Part shown: positions 41,282-50,806 of the stretch, piece by piece
Layout: every line of letters starts with the position of its first letter
How positions within the stretch are numbered: position 1 is the stretch's first letter
NCBI GenBank assembly: GCA_965205505.1
Contig: CBDBHB010000008.1
Location: forward strand, 704,001 to 768,000
Direction: 5' to 3'
From: Acidobacteriota bacterium
GTDB lineage: Bacteria; Acidobacteriota; UBA890; WLXD01
DNA: 64,000 bases
Position numbers and translations under genes: made by a program
The notes under the pieces: model-generated
Database searches by the model: none
The model's input: the letters and a program-made list of their open reading frames with translations, nothing else
What the model was told of the DNA's origin: nothing

Positions 41282-44266
41282 ATGACGTCGAAACGATCGC
41301 TACTCACAGCTCGCGGCATGGGCGGCGCCGGGATTATCGTCGCCGCGCTCGCCTCGATGGGCAGCGCCGCGTGGGCACCAGCGGCCACGCCAAACGCCGC
41401 TGTCCAGTCTGCTGCGGCTCAGCACTCCTCGGACCTTGCGAATCTGCGCTGGCGCCCGATCGGGCCGGCGACCATGGGTGGCCGCATCGCCGATCTTGCC
41501 GCCGTGAGCGCCGACACCTTCTACGTCGGCGTCGCTTCCGGAAACCTGTGGAAAACGACCAACCGCGGCACCACCTGGGAATCGCTGTTCGATGACGAGG
41601 AGGTCAACTCCATTGGCGACGTGACGGTGGCGCCCTCCGACCCCGACGTCGTGTGGATCGGCACCGGCGAGGCGAACAACCGTCAGAGCTCTCCGTGGGG
41701 TGCCGGGGTATACAGGTCGACCGACGCCGGCCAGACGTGGACCCACCTCGGGCTTACCAACACGAGGCACATCGGGCGCATCCTTGTTCATCCTACCGAT
41801 CCCGATACTGCCTTCGTGGCGGCGGCGGGCAGCCTCTGGGGTCCGAGCGCCGACCGCGGCGTGTTCCGCACGCACGATGGCGGTGCATCGTGGGACAAGG
41901 TTCTGTTCATCGACGAGGACACCGGCGCCATCGACCTGGCGATGGATCCAGACGACCCCGACACAGTACTTGCGGCCACCTACCAGCGCCGCCGTGCCGC
42001 CTGCTGCTTCGTCGGCGGCGGTCCCGGCAGCGGCATCTACAGAACCCACGACGGCGGCGACTCCTGGACGGAGCTGACGGAAGGCTTGCCGGCCGGTAAC
42101 AAGGGCCGCATCGGGCTGGATATCTATCGCCGCGACGGCAACCTGATCATCGCTACGGTCGAGGCGGCCGCCCCCGACAGCGGCATCTATCGCTCATCGG
42201 ACGGTGGTGATTCGTGGGACATGGTCAGCGACAGCAACCCGCGGCCGATGTACTTCAGCCAGATCCGCATCGACCCCAACGACGCGCAGCGCATCTACGT
42301 GCTGGCCGGCGGCCTGCTCATCTCGGACGATGGAGGTGCCAACTTCCGGCGCTCCGAAGCGGTCGGCATTCACCCCGACCTGCACGCGCTGTGGATCGAC
42401 CCGGACAACTCCGCCAACGTTTTGCTCGGCCACGACGGCGGCGTATTGATGAGCGCCGATCGCGCCGAGACCTGGCGGTTCCTCGACAACTTGCCGATCG
42501 GCCAGTTCTATGAGATCGGCGTCGACATGCGCGACCCTTACTGGGTGTACGGCGGGCTGCAGGACAACGGCGTTTGGGGCGGTCCCAGTGCCAGCCGCGA
42601 CCCGCGCGGCATCCGCAACAGCGACTGGGTCAAGCTGGTGAGCGGCGATGGCATGTACGCTCGCATCGACCCGCGCGACCACAACGTGATCATCACCGAG
42701 ACGCAGAACGGGGCGCTGATGCGCTTCAACTTGGCAACGATGGAGCGTCAGTCGATTCGCCTCGAGACGCCCGGGTCCGACGGTGACGAACCCTATCGCT
42801 GGAACTGGGACAGCCCGCTGATCATCTCCGAGCACGACCCCGACACGCTATACGCCGCCGGCAATGTGCTGTTCCGCTCGCGCAATCAGGGCGATGGCTG
42901 GGAGGCGATCAGTCCCGACCTCAGCAAGGCAATCGACCGTGAGACCGAGACCATCATGGGAGTGCATCCGGTCGACGGGGTGCTGTCGCTCAACGACGGC
43001 GTGTCGACATACGGCAACATGACCACGGTGTCCGAATCGCCGCTGAACCCGAACCTCATCTACGCCGGCACCGACGACGGCAACGTGCAACGCACCATCG
43101 ACGGAGGGGTCAGCTGGACCGATCTCACTGAGACCTTCCCGGGAGTACCAGAGCTCACGAGCAGCAGCCGCCTGCTCGCCTCCAGGCACGACGAGCGCCG
43201 CGCGTACGCGACCTTCGACGGCCACCAGCAGGACGATATGGCGCCGTACGTCTACATCAGCGATGACGCGGGCGACAGCTGGCGAGCGATCACGGCCGGG
43301 TTACCGGATTGGTCGATCAACGTGATCGCCGAGCACCACCGCAACTCTGATCTGCTGTTCGTCGGCAACGAGCTCGGTCTGTACTTCTCACTCGATCGCG
43401 GCCTCTCCTGGCGGCAGCTGAAGAACAACCTTCCGACGGTGCCGGTCGACGACATCATCGTGCATCCGCGTGACAACGACTTGATCGTCGGCACCCACGG
43501 CCGCAGCGTCTGGATTCTCGACGACATCACGGCGCTGGAGAAGCTGACCGAGGCGCGCGCCACCCGTGGTCCGTACTTGTTTCCGGTGAAGCAAGCGAAG
43601 CTGTTCAACAGCCTGCCGCGCAACACTTACGCCGGCGCCGACGAGTTCTGGGCCCCCAACCCGCCGGCCGGCGCCACGATCCGTTATCGGCTGCCCGAGG
43701 ATGCGCCCGCCGGAGATGATGAGCCGGTCGCTCACCTGTCGATCGTCGGTGCCGACGGAGCGACGATCCGAGAGCTCACGGGCTCGGGGACGCAGGGACT
43801 TCAACGGGTGCAGTGGGATCTGCGCATGGCACCACCGTTCTCAACCGAGACCGCCGAAAAGCTGGGCCTCCCAGCGCCGCCGCCGGGGCCACGAGTTCTA
43901 CCCGGTGCCTACGAGGTACGCCTGCAGGTCGGCACCGCCCCGGCGACCGCTACCGTATCGGTCGCGCTGGCATCAGGGCTCGACGCGCCCAGGGCCGACC
44001 TCGAAGCGCGCCAGGAGGCGCTCGTTCGCGCCCACGAGCTCACTCGTCAGCTTTACGGAGTGCGCCGATCTCTCCGAGAGCGCGCCGAGCAGACGCCCGA
44101 GCTGCAGGCTCTCGACGAGCGCGTGGCGCAAGCGCAGCGCGAGCTGTCGTCGCTGGTCTCCAGAATCGACGGCTCGACGACGCGCCCGACCGCAGATCAG
44201 CTGCGCGCCATCGAGCGCGCCGAAGCGGAAGGGCGGACGTTGCTCTCGGGCATCGACGCCCTGTAG
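41282..44266 (+). CDS. VPS10/BNR-repeat (Asp-box) exported glycosyl-hydrolase-like protein
   Basis: WRPIGPATMGGRI; many S/TxDxGxTW repeats; GGLQDNG, RWNWDSP, GTHGRS. Confidence 0.9.
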   Translation: MTSKRSLLTARGMGGAGIIVAALASMGSAAWAPAATPNAAVQSAAAQHSSDLANLRWRPIGPATMGGRIADLAAVSADTFYVGVASGNLWKTTNRGTTWESLFDDEEVNSIGDVTVAPSDPDVVWIGTGEANNRQSSPWGAGVYRSTDAGQTWTHLGLTNTRHIGRILVHPTDPDTAFVAAAGSLWGPSADRGVFRTHDGGASWDKVLFIDEDTGAIDLAMDPDDPDTVLAATYQRRRAACCFVGGGPGSGIYRTHDGGDSWTELTEGLPAGNKGRIGLDIYRRDGNLIIATVEAAAPDSGIYRSSDGGDSWDMVSDSNPRPMYFSQIRIDPNDAQRIYVLAGGLLISDDGGANFRRSEAVGIHPDLHALWIDPDNSANVLLGHDGGVLMSADRAETWRFLDNLPIGQFYEIGVDMRDPYWVYGGLQDNGVWGGPSASRDPRGIRNSDWVKLVSGDGMYARIDPRDHNVIITETQNGALMRFNLATMERQSIRLETPGSDGDEPYRWNWDSPLIISEHDPDTLYAAGNVLFRSRNQGDGWEAISPDLSKAIDRETETIMGVHPVDGVLSLNDGVSTYGNMTTVSESPLNPNLIYAGTDDGNVQRTIDGGVSWTDLTETFPGVPELTSSSRLLASRHDERRAYATFDGHQQDDMAPYVYISDDAGDSWRAITAGLPDWSINVIAEHHRNSDLLFVGNELGLYFSLDRGLSWRQLKNNLPTVPVDDIIVHPRDNDLIVGTHGRSVWILDDITALEKLTEARATRGPYLFPVKQAKLFNSLPRNTYAGADEFWAPNPPAGATIRYRLPEDAPAGDDEPVAHLSIVGADGATIRELTGSGTQGLQRVQWDLRMAPPFSTETAEKLGLPAPPPGPRVLPGAYEVRLQVGTAPATATVSVALASGLDAPRADLEARQEALVRAHELTRQLYGVRRSLRERAEQTPELQALDERVAQAQRELSSLVSRIDGSTTRPTADQLRAIERAEAEGRTLLSGIDAL

Positions 44267-44374
44267 CGAAGACTCGACGGCACCGGGGGTCGACCTGTGT
44301 CGAGCCTCACGGTGCCGACCTCGTTGCCGACGGCGCCTCAGAAGGTTAGCTTGGGCGCTCGACGGAGGCCCGAC

Positions 44375-45379
44375 ATGCGAACTCGACGGGAATTCTGCTT
44401 TGAAGCGGGAGCAAGCCTGATGGCAATGAGCACAACCCCCGGCGGCCCAGCACCGATAGCCCGCGCCGCAGGCACGGGTCTGGTCTACGATGCCCGCTAC
44501 CTGGACCATGTACTGGATACCCGAGGAGGCGGCACTCATCCCGAGCGCCCACTGCGGCTCGAGAAGGTCATGGCGATGCTGGAGTCGCGCGGACTGCGCG
44601 AACGGCTCGTGGACGTGGCGCTACACGACGCTCCGTTGCCGCATATCCGCGACCACCATACCGCCGAGCACGTTGACTCCGTCCGCCGGATCGACGTCAC
44701 CGGCCCGGTCGCGGAGCTGGCGGTGGCGGGAGCCCTGGCCTCGGTAGACGCCGTGGCCACCGGCAAGCTCCGTAACGTCTTCTGCGCCGCACGCCCTCCC
44801 GGGCACCATGCCAACAACACCGGCATGGAGGAGGGGTTCTGCTTCTACAGCAATGCTGCCATCGCGGCGAAGCACGCCCAACAGGCGTATGGGTTCGAAA
44901 ACATCCTCATCGTCGACTGGGACTACCACCACGGCAACGGCACCCAGAACGCGTTCTATGGCGACCCCAGCGTGCTGTTCTTCTCCACCCACGACTGGTA
45001 CGCGTACCCCGGGACCGGTGACCCATCGCTGGTCGGCGAGGGCGACGGCGGCGAGCTCAACATCAACGTGCACCTGGATTGCGGCTGCACCGACCGCGAC
45101 ATGCTCAGCAGCTGGGACCGGAAGCTGATGCCCAAGGTCGAGACCTTCAAGCCCGACTTCATCATTATCTCGGCAGGGTTCGACAGCCGCATGGACGACC
45201 TGCTGGGCTGCTTCGACGTCACCGATGACGCATTCGTGCGCATGACACGCACGGTGATGGACATGGCCGAACACTACTGTGACGGGCGCGTTGTGTCGCT
45301 GCTCGAGGGCGGCTACAACGTCGATGGGCTAGCGCTGGCTGCCGCCGCGCACGTGGAGACGCTGCTCGATCACGGCTAG
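44375..45379 (+). CDS. Histone deacetylase family protein with a Tat-like leader
   Basis: HPERP.RL, RPPGHHA, GFCFYSN, DWDYHHGNGTQ, SAGFD, LEGGY; starts MRTRREF after GGAGG. Confidence 0.92.
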   Translation: MRTRREFCFEAGASLMAMSTTPGGPAPIARAAGTGLVYDARYLDHVLDTRGGGTHPERPLRLEKVMAMLESRGLRERLVDVALHDAPLPHIRDHHTAEHVDSVRRIDVTGPVAELAVAGALASVDAVATGKLRNVFCAARPPGHHANNTGMEEGFCFYSNAAIAAKHAQQAYGFENILIVDWDYHHGNGTQNAFYGDPSVLFFSTHDWYAYPGTGDPSLVGEGDGGELNINVHLDCGCTDRDMLSSWDRKLMPKVETFKPDFIIISAGFDSRMDDLLGCFDVTDDAFVRMTRTVMDMAEHYCDGRVVSLLEGGYNVDGLALAAAAHVETLLDHG

Positions 45380-45660
45380 CTAGCAGGCCGTGGTGAAAGT
45401 GTGGTGGGTCTGGTTACGGCGAGTTGGGGCCAGATGCAAGGCGGCCTGACGCTGGCGATGCCCTAGCCATCGTCGAGGAAGGCCAACGCCGCAGATGGCC
45501 TCAAATCACCGTAACCCTTCGGGCGATAGGGGGTTGCGCGCGTATGCTACGTCGTTCGTCGTCAACGATGGGGTAACCATCGCCTCCTCCTCTCTCCTGG
45601 CCTCCTCCTCGCAAGACCCTGTCGCCAGGCCCGCCACACTTGCACCACGGCCTGCTCTAG
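45380..45660. mobile_element. ~280-bp non-coding MITE/REPIN-like element with 32-bp terminal inverted repeats, CTAG at both ends
   Basis: 45382-45413 vs reverse complement of 45625-45656: 29/32 identical; two inverted internal stem-loop modules; lies between convergent stop codons. Confidence 0.85.
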
Positions 45661-46628
45661 GGCTCTGCGACGATCTTCCCGACAGCCCTACGATCGAGGA
45701 TATCGCGCAGCGCCTGCGGCACTTCTTCAAGCGAGCAGCGCCGCGAGATAAACGGTCGCAGCTCACCCGCCACAGCGTAGTCGTCGAGCTCACGCGACAT
45801 CGTCTGGAAGATCTCGGGCTCCTTGGTGCGCGCGGCGCCCCAGAAGACACCGATGATGGAGCTGCCCTTGAGAAGGGCGAGGTTGAGAGGAATACGCGGG
45901 ATGCCCGCCGTAAACCCGATGACCAGGAATCGGCCCCGCCATTTCGTAACCCGAAACGCAGCCTCGGCATAGTCACCGCCGACCGCGTCGAAGACCACGT
46001 CCACGCCCTCGCCGCCGGTGAGCTCCTTGACGCAGTTCTTCAGATCCTCCTGGTCATAGTTGATCGTCTCGTCGGCGCCGCGCTGACGACACAAAGCCAG
46101 CTTCTCGGGCGTGGAAGCGGCGGCGAGGACCCGGGCACCGAGCAACTTCCCCAGCTCGATCGTTGCAAGCCCCAGGCTCCCGGCGGCTCCGAGCACGAGC
46201 AGGGTCTCGCCCGGTCGCAGATCACCGCGAAACTTCAGACCATAGTAGCTGGTGCCGTACGCGTATCCGAACCCCGTCGCTTCAGCGTATTCCAGGCCTC
46301 CAGGCAAGGGCCGCAGGTCGGCCACGGGAACCGCGACGCGCTCGGCGAACCCGCCGGTGAAACCCCAACCGACGACATCATCGCCCACCGCAACCTCGTT
46401 CACGTCGGCGCCAACGGCGCTCACCACACCCGCAACCTCGGTACCTGGAATGAAGGGCGGCGCCCCCTTGAACTGGTAGCGGTTCTCGATAATCAGGGTG
46501 TAGGGGAAAGTGACCGCCACGGCACGAACGTCCACCATCACCTCGCGGGCGCCCGGGATCGGATCTTCGACGGTCTCGACCACCAGATCCTCGGGTGGAC
46601 CGAAGGCCTTGCAGACGACGGCTTTCAC
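45657..46628 (-). CDS. NADPH:quinone oxidoreductase (MDR family)
   Basis: YQFK..PPFIPGTEVAG, LVLGAAGSLG, GVDVVFDAVGG, GRFLVIGF.AG, GKIV. Confidence 0.93.
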   Translation of the reverse strand: MKAVVCKAFGPPEDLVVETVEDPIPGAREVMVDVRAVAVTFPYTLIIENRYQFKGAPPFIPGTEVAGVVSAVGADVNEVAVGDDVVGWGFTGGFAERVAVPVADLRPLPGGLEYAEATGFGYAYGTSYYGLKFRGDLRPGETLLVLGAAGSLGLATIELGKLLGARVLAAASTPEKLALCRQRGADETINYDQEDLKNCVKELTGGEGVDVVFDAVGGDYAEAAFRVTKWRGRFLVIGFTAGIPRIPLNLALLKGSSIIGVFWGAARTKEPEIFQTMSRELDDYAVAGELRPFISRRCSLEEVPQALRDILDRRAVGKIVAEP

Positions 46629-46739
46629 ATGTGTACCCTAGATGAGATGAGAAGGCCAACCTCCTGAACGCAGTAGCCTGACGGCTCTGCAAACGTTTAT
46701 GCAACGTTAACGGGGCTCGAAGCCCAAGGAGGTTGGCCG

Positions 46740-47782
46740 ATGACAAGTGTAACGATTGGACTGAACGTAAGCGACCGGTACAGCCGTATGTGCGTGCTCG
46801 ACAGTAAGGGCAGGGTGATGGAGGAAGGGCGGGTGAGGACGAGCCCGGAGGGGCTGGCGAGGCGGTTCGGGTGCGAGGAGCCCGCTCGAGTTAGTGCTGG
46901 AGTTGGAACGCACTCGCCGTGGATGAGTGAGCAGTTGAAGCAACTGGGTCATGAGGTGCTGGTGGCTAACCCGAGGCGGCTGAAGCTGATCTATGGCGAG
47001 CACGGACCGACCGGTTGGATGCCGAGCACCTGGCACGAGTGGGCAGAATGGACCCAAAGCTGCTTAAGACGGTGCAGCATCGAGGCAGACAAGCGCGAGC
47101 GGATCTAGCCGTGATTCGGAGCCGAGATGCTCTGGTAAAGAGCCGCACGCAGTTGGTGAGCCATGTGCGTGGTGCGGTCAAGTCGGCCGGTTGTCGTATT
47201 CCCAGGTGCTCGACGCCGGCGTTCGCGCGCACCGCGCCAGAGCACATACCGGAGCGGCTCAAGGGAGCGCTCGAGCCGGTGCTTGAAACGATCGCCATGC
47301 TGACGGGCAACATCCAGCAATACGAGCGTCAGATCGTGCAGCTGTGCCAGGGGCGATACCCGGAGACACAGCAGCTCCAGCAAGTGGCCGGGGTCGGAGC
47401 TCTGACCGCACTGGCGTATGTGCTGACGCTCGAGGAGCCGGAACGGTTCAATACCTCCAGAGCCGTGGGCCCGTACCTGGGACTGAGACCGAAGAAACGG
47501 CAGTCGGGGGACAAGGACCCTGCGCTACGAATAACCAAGGCGGGCGACAAAATGCTCCGACGCCTGTTGGTGGGCTCGGCGCATTACATCCTGGGCCCCT
47601 TCGGGCCCGATACTGAGCTCAGACGCTGGGGGCTCAAGCTGGCCGGACGCGGTGGTCCTCATGGCAACAAAAAGGCAGCAGTTGCTGTCGCCCGTAAGCT
47701 CGCCGTTGTGCTGCACCGACTGTGGCTGAGTGGAGACGAGTACGAACCGTTGCGCGCACCTGTAGAGGTTTCAGCAGCATGA
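46740..47782 (+). pseudogene. IS110 transposase/recombinase (DEDD RuvC-like + Transposase_20), disrupted
   Basis: TIGLNVS (expected GLD), scrambled V.LE.GTHS, VLVANP, frameshift near 47005 before TDRLDAE, GVGALTA, YLGLRP...SG, ITKAGDKMLRRLL, AVAVARKL; AAGGAGG RBS. Confidence 0.92.
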
Positions 47783-47839
47783 ACTAACCCGCAACCAGGA
47801 GGTCGGTAGGGCGACGCGACCCAACGGTTATCGATCTGA

Positions 47840-48005
47840 CCGCCCGGTCCGGGCGACTGCGAAGGTCACTACGAGCTTCGAGCTCGGCAGCTAGATTGCA
47901 GCGCCTCGAATCGGGACGGACCCCAGAATGCACCGGACGACCTGAATCCTCGTCCACCAGAGTGCGAATAGGAGCATGGCGTGCAGATCGATTCTTCGCT
48001 GGGCA
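47840..48005 (+). ncRNA. Putative bridge/seek RNA with target-binding loop at 47857-47901
   Basis: Stem ctgcga/ttgcag, 9x9 internal loop aggtcacta / gcagctaga, stem cgagct/agctcg; further hairpins cgcccg/cgggcg and ggacga/tcgtcc. Transcript ends are not known. Confidence 0.72.
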
Positions 48006-48099
48006 CCACATTGCCCTTGACCGAACTAGGCCTTCTCTTAGAAGTGGCCTGTAACAGATGATCGAGTCCGGCGAGCGGTCTGGAACCCAGTAGGCTCCG

Positions 48100-48132
48100 C
48101 CAGACCCACCACACTTTCACCACAGCCTGCTA
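48100..48132 (-). repeat. Solo terminal repeat of the 45380 element
   Basis: Reverse complement tagcaggctgtggtgaaagtgtggtgggtctgg matches 45381-45413 at 32 of 33 positions; its TAG is the stop codon of 48130..50208. Confidence 0.9.
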
Positions 48133-50208
48133 CACGAGATCCCTCGGAATCGTGTCGGCCCACTCCTTCTCGTACTGCAGCTCGCCGTTGACTCGAAGCT
48201 CACGGCGGACGCTGATCTCGAAGGCCTTGTCGTTGCTCGCGAGGGTCATCCAGGAGTTGCAGGTAATCGTCCTGCCCTCGTGCTCCACCTCGTCCCTGCC
48301 CTCGGCGACGATGGTGGCGTGGGCCGGATCCCGGTCGCTGGCGGTGGACCAGCGTCGCTCCATACTGCCGTATGCCGGCTGGATCGTCTCCCGAAACACC
48401 GTTACGGTCTGCTTCATCTCGTCGCGAGTGACCTCCCACTGGTCGATGGGTCCTGGCCCGGCTGAGCCCTGCGCTTCATCGATCTCAGGAGGCTCGTAGG
48501 GCCGCGACAGGGCGCCCGGCGGCATGACCGGCAGAACGATGCGGGAGGGGTGATCGGCGTCGACGTACAGCTTGGTCGTCATCCGATGGGGCGTGGGCCA
48601 CAGGTTGGGGAAATCGGCGTTGGCGATCGCCACGCGCACCCGATGTCCCTTGGGAAACACCCACGAGATGACCTTGAGGTTGAAGCTCAGCTCGTAGATC
48701 TCACCCGGGGTCAGCGGCTCGGGATCGACGTGCGAGTCACGATGGGCGCCGTTGATAATGCCCTTGGTCACCAAGGTAGAGGTTCCGTCGGGAGCAACAT
48801 CACACAGACGGACGATCCAGTTCGCTACTGGCGCACTGGCGGACACGTGCAGAACCGCCCGCGGAAAGCCGAGGATTTCGAAGTTGTCTTCCAATGGCGC
48901 GGTATCGAAGGTCATCGAGTAGGCGTCGTCGGCGCGCTGGTCGATCGGTAACTCGGCTGCGTTGTGCGGGCAGCGGTAGCGGTTGGTCATGCCGACGGTG
49001 GGCTTGTACTCGAGCTCCGACTCATGGTCGAGCGTCCGCTCACCTCCCAGGGCTCCCCCCGGCTGCGGATACCAGGTGACTGACTCGATGCCCTCCGGCG
49101 GCCAATCGGTTGAGCGCCACTCCCCCGGAATGCTCTCGATCTCCAGGCTGGGCTTGTACGAGTTGTTGACGTACATCGCCAGGCGCGGCTCTTCCATCAG
49201 CCCGGTATCGTTTTGCTTGAGCCAATGGTCCCACCAGCGCAGCATCTCGGGCTTGGGGTTGTACGGCGGCCCCGGCTTGCCGATGGCGTGCGTCCACTGA
49301 CCGATAATGGCGCGCGTCGGCACCGACATCCTCTCGAGCATGCGCGGGATGCTGTCGGTGTAGGCATCGATCCAGCCGCCTATCATCATCGTCGGGATCT
49401 TGATGGCGCCGTAGTCGGGGCGCAGTGACATGCGCTGCCAGAACTCGTCGTTGCGCTGATGGCGCAACATGTCGAAGACCCAGGGTTGGTGCTCTACCCG
49501 ATAGCGCGCCTCTTCGGTATCCGGGTCGTAGTCGGGCCAGGCTGGCAGTCCCATGTTGGAGATCATCGAGAACGGCCAACGGCCAAGCGACTCGAACTGT
49601 AGCGCCCCGTCGTAGTACACGATGTCGTCGGTGAACACATCGTCGGTAGCGTGCATGGGCACGATCGCCTTCAGCGCCGGCGGCTGCATCATCGCGACCT
49701 GCGTGGCGTTGAAGCCGCCGTAAGATGAGCCGAACATGCCGACGTTGCCGTTGCTCCATGCCTGGGTCGCCAACCACTCGATGACATCGAGGGCGTCTTC
49801 ACGCTCCTGAACCGAGTACTCGTTGGGCGTCGTCCAGCCGGTGCTCGTGCCAGTGCCGCGTACGTCCACCTGGGCAACCACGTAGCCGCGCTCGGCGTAG
49901 TAGCCAAAGCTGCCGAGTTGATCGGATTCGGTGCGTCGGTACGGGTCGTAGCTGAACAGAGCGGGGAAATTATCGTCCGGGCCGGCGCCATCGGGCATCA
50001 CCAGCCGAGCGGCCAGACGCACACCGTCGCGCATGGGGATGAAGGCGAGCACCGAGCGCGCCCCGAAGCGCGGTTGGCTGACCTGCTCGGTCCACCGAGC
50101 GGCGACGACTGCCTCGCCGAGAAGCTCCGAAGCGTTGGCTCGAACGCCCAGCAAGCTAGCCCCAGCGATCGAGCCAGCCTTACCGAGAAAATCCCGGCGC
50201 GTGTCCAT
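48130..50208 (-). CDS. CocE/NonD family hydrolase with Tat signal
   Basis: TRRDFL; IPMRDGVRLAA, DVRGTG, GSSYGG, GGWIDAY, GQWTH, GHRVRVAI. Confidence 0.93.
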   Translation of the reverse strand: MDTRRDFLGKAGSIAGASLLGVRANASELLGEAVVAARWTEQVSQPRFGARSVLAFIPMRDGVRLAARLVMPDGAGPDDNFPALFSYDPYRRTESDQLGSFGYYAERGYVVAQVDVRGTGTSTGWTTPNEYSVQEREDALDVIEWLATQAWSNGNVGMFGSSYGGFNATQVAMMQPPALKAIVPMHATDDVFTDDIVYYDGALQFESLGRWPFSMISNMGLPAWPDYDPDTEEARYRVEHQPWVFDMLRHQRNDEFWQRMSLRPDYGAIKIPTMMIGGWIDAYTDSIPRMLERMSVPTRAIIGQWTHAIGKPGPPYNPKPEMLRWWDHWLKQNDTGLMEEPRLAMYVNNSYKPSLEIESIPGEWRSTDWPPEGIESVTWYPQPGGALGGERTLDHESELEYKPTVGMTNRYRCPHNAAELPIDQRADDAYSMTFDTAPLEDNFEILGFPRAVLHVSASAPVANWIVRLCDVAPDGTSTLVTKGIINGAHRDSHVDPEPLTPGEIYELSFNLKVISWVFPKGHRVRVAIANADFPNLWPTPHRMTTKLYVDADHPSRIVLPVMPPGALSRPYEPPEIDEAQGSAGPGPIDQWEVTRDEMKQTVTVFRETIQPAYGSMERRWSTASDRDPAHATIVAEGRDEVEHEGRTITCNSWMTLASNDKAFEISVRRELRVNGELQYEKEWADTIPRDLV

Positions 50209-50363
50209 GGTGCGCTCTCCTCCGCTACCGGCAGAGCGGATTTAGAAATCCCTGGGAGCCTTCGGCTGGCATTCTTCAAGACCTCCCGGCTGCGGTCAAC
50301 CGCCAGCACGTCGCGCCCGGCAGCACGGAATCTACGCGTCGCGCAGCGTGTCCGCTGTCATCG

Positions 50364-50708
50364 TCATCGTGCTTGCCGCGGCTTCATCAGCCGTACTTCC
50401 GCGAAAGCCATGACATCGCGTAGCCGCTCGGCCTCTTGCTCGGCAACAAACCGGCCGCGCTCGGTCAAGCTGTAGTATTTGCGCGGTGGTCCGCCCGAAG
50501 GCTCGGCCAGCCGTTTGCTCGACTCCTCGATCAGGCCGCGTTGCTGCAGGCGTTCGATACCTCGATACAGCGTGCTGGTGGCAAGCACCACCCGATCCTG
50601 GGTGCGCTGGCGGATATCACGGACAATGCCGTAGCCATGCGCCGGTCCCTTGGCCAACACCAGCAGGATCTCGAACAGATGTGGGCCCAATGGTGACTGC
50701 GCAGACAT
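50364..50708 (-). CDS. PadR family transcriptional regulator
   Basis: ILLVL..GPAHGYGI, TLY..IERL...GLIE, RKYYSLTERGR. Confidence 0.92.
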   Translation of the reverse strand: MSAQSPLGPHLFEILLVLAKGPAHGYGIVRDIRQRTQDRVVLATSTLYRGIERLQQRGLIEESSKRLAEPSGGPPRKYYSLTERGRFVAEQEAERLRDVMAFAEVRLMKPRQAR

Positions 50709-50744
50709 GAATGCCATCTCAGCGGACGTGGGGGACTCGAACCG

Positions 50745-50761
50745 ACTAATCTCATTTTAGT
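50745..50761. promoter_or_regulatory. Possible PadR autoregulatory operator
   Basis: ACTAA-N7-TTAGT inverted repeat in an AT-rich patch about 40 nt upstream of padR. Confidence 0.35.
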
Positions 50762-50806
50762 AATAGTACGAATGGGAATAGTCGCGCAAGGCCATCCTCG
50801 CGTCCG

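Larger units (their letters stand above)
46642..48044 (+). mobile_element. IS110-family insertion sequence, IS1111-type layout
   Basis: Sub-terminal inverted repeats gagaaggcc (46649-46657) and ggccttctc (48029-48037); AG core at 46640-46641 and 48043-48044; ~260-nt non-coding region 3' of the transposase; rejoined flanks recreate the repeat end seen at 9937. Confidence 0.85.

Noticed and set aside
47902-48010. Donor-binding loop of the bridge RNA
   Set aside because: Hairpins are present but I found no clear match to the predicted donor junction ttagaAGatgag.
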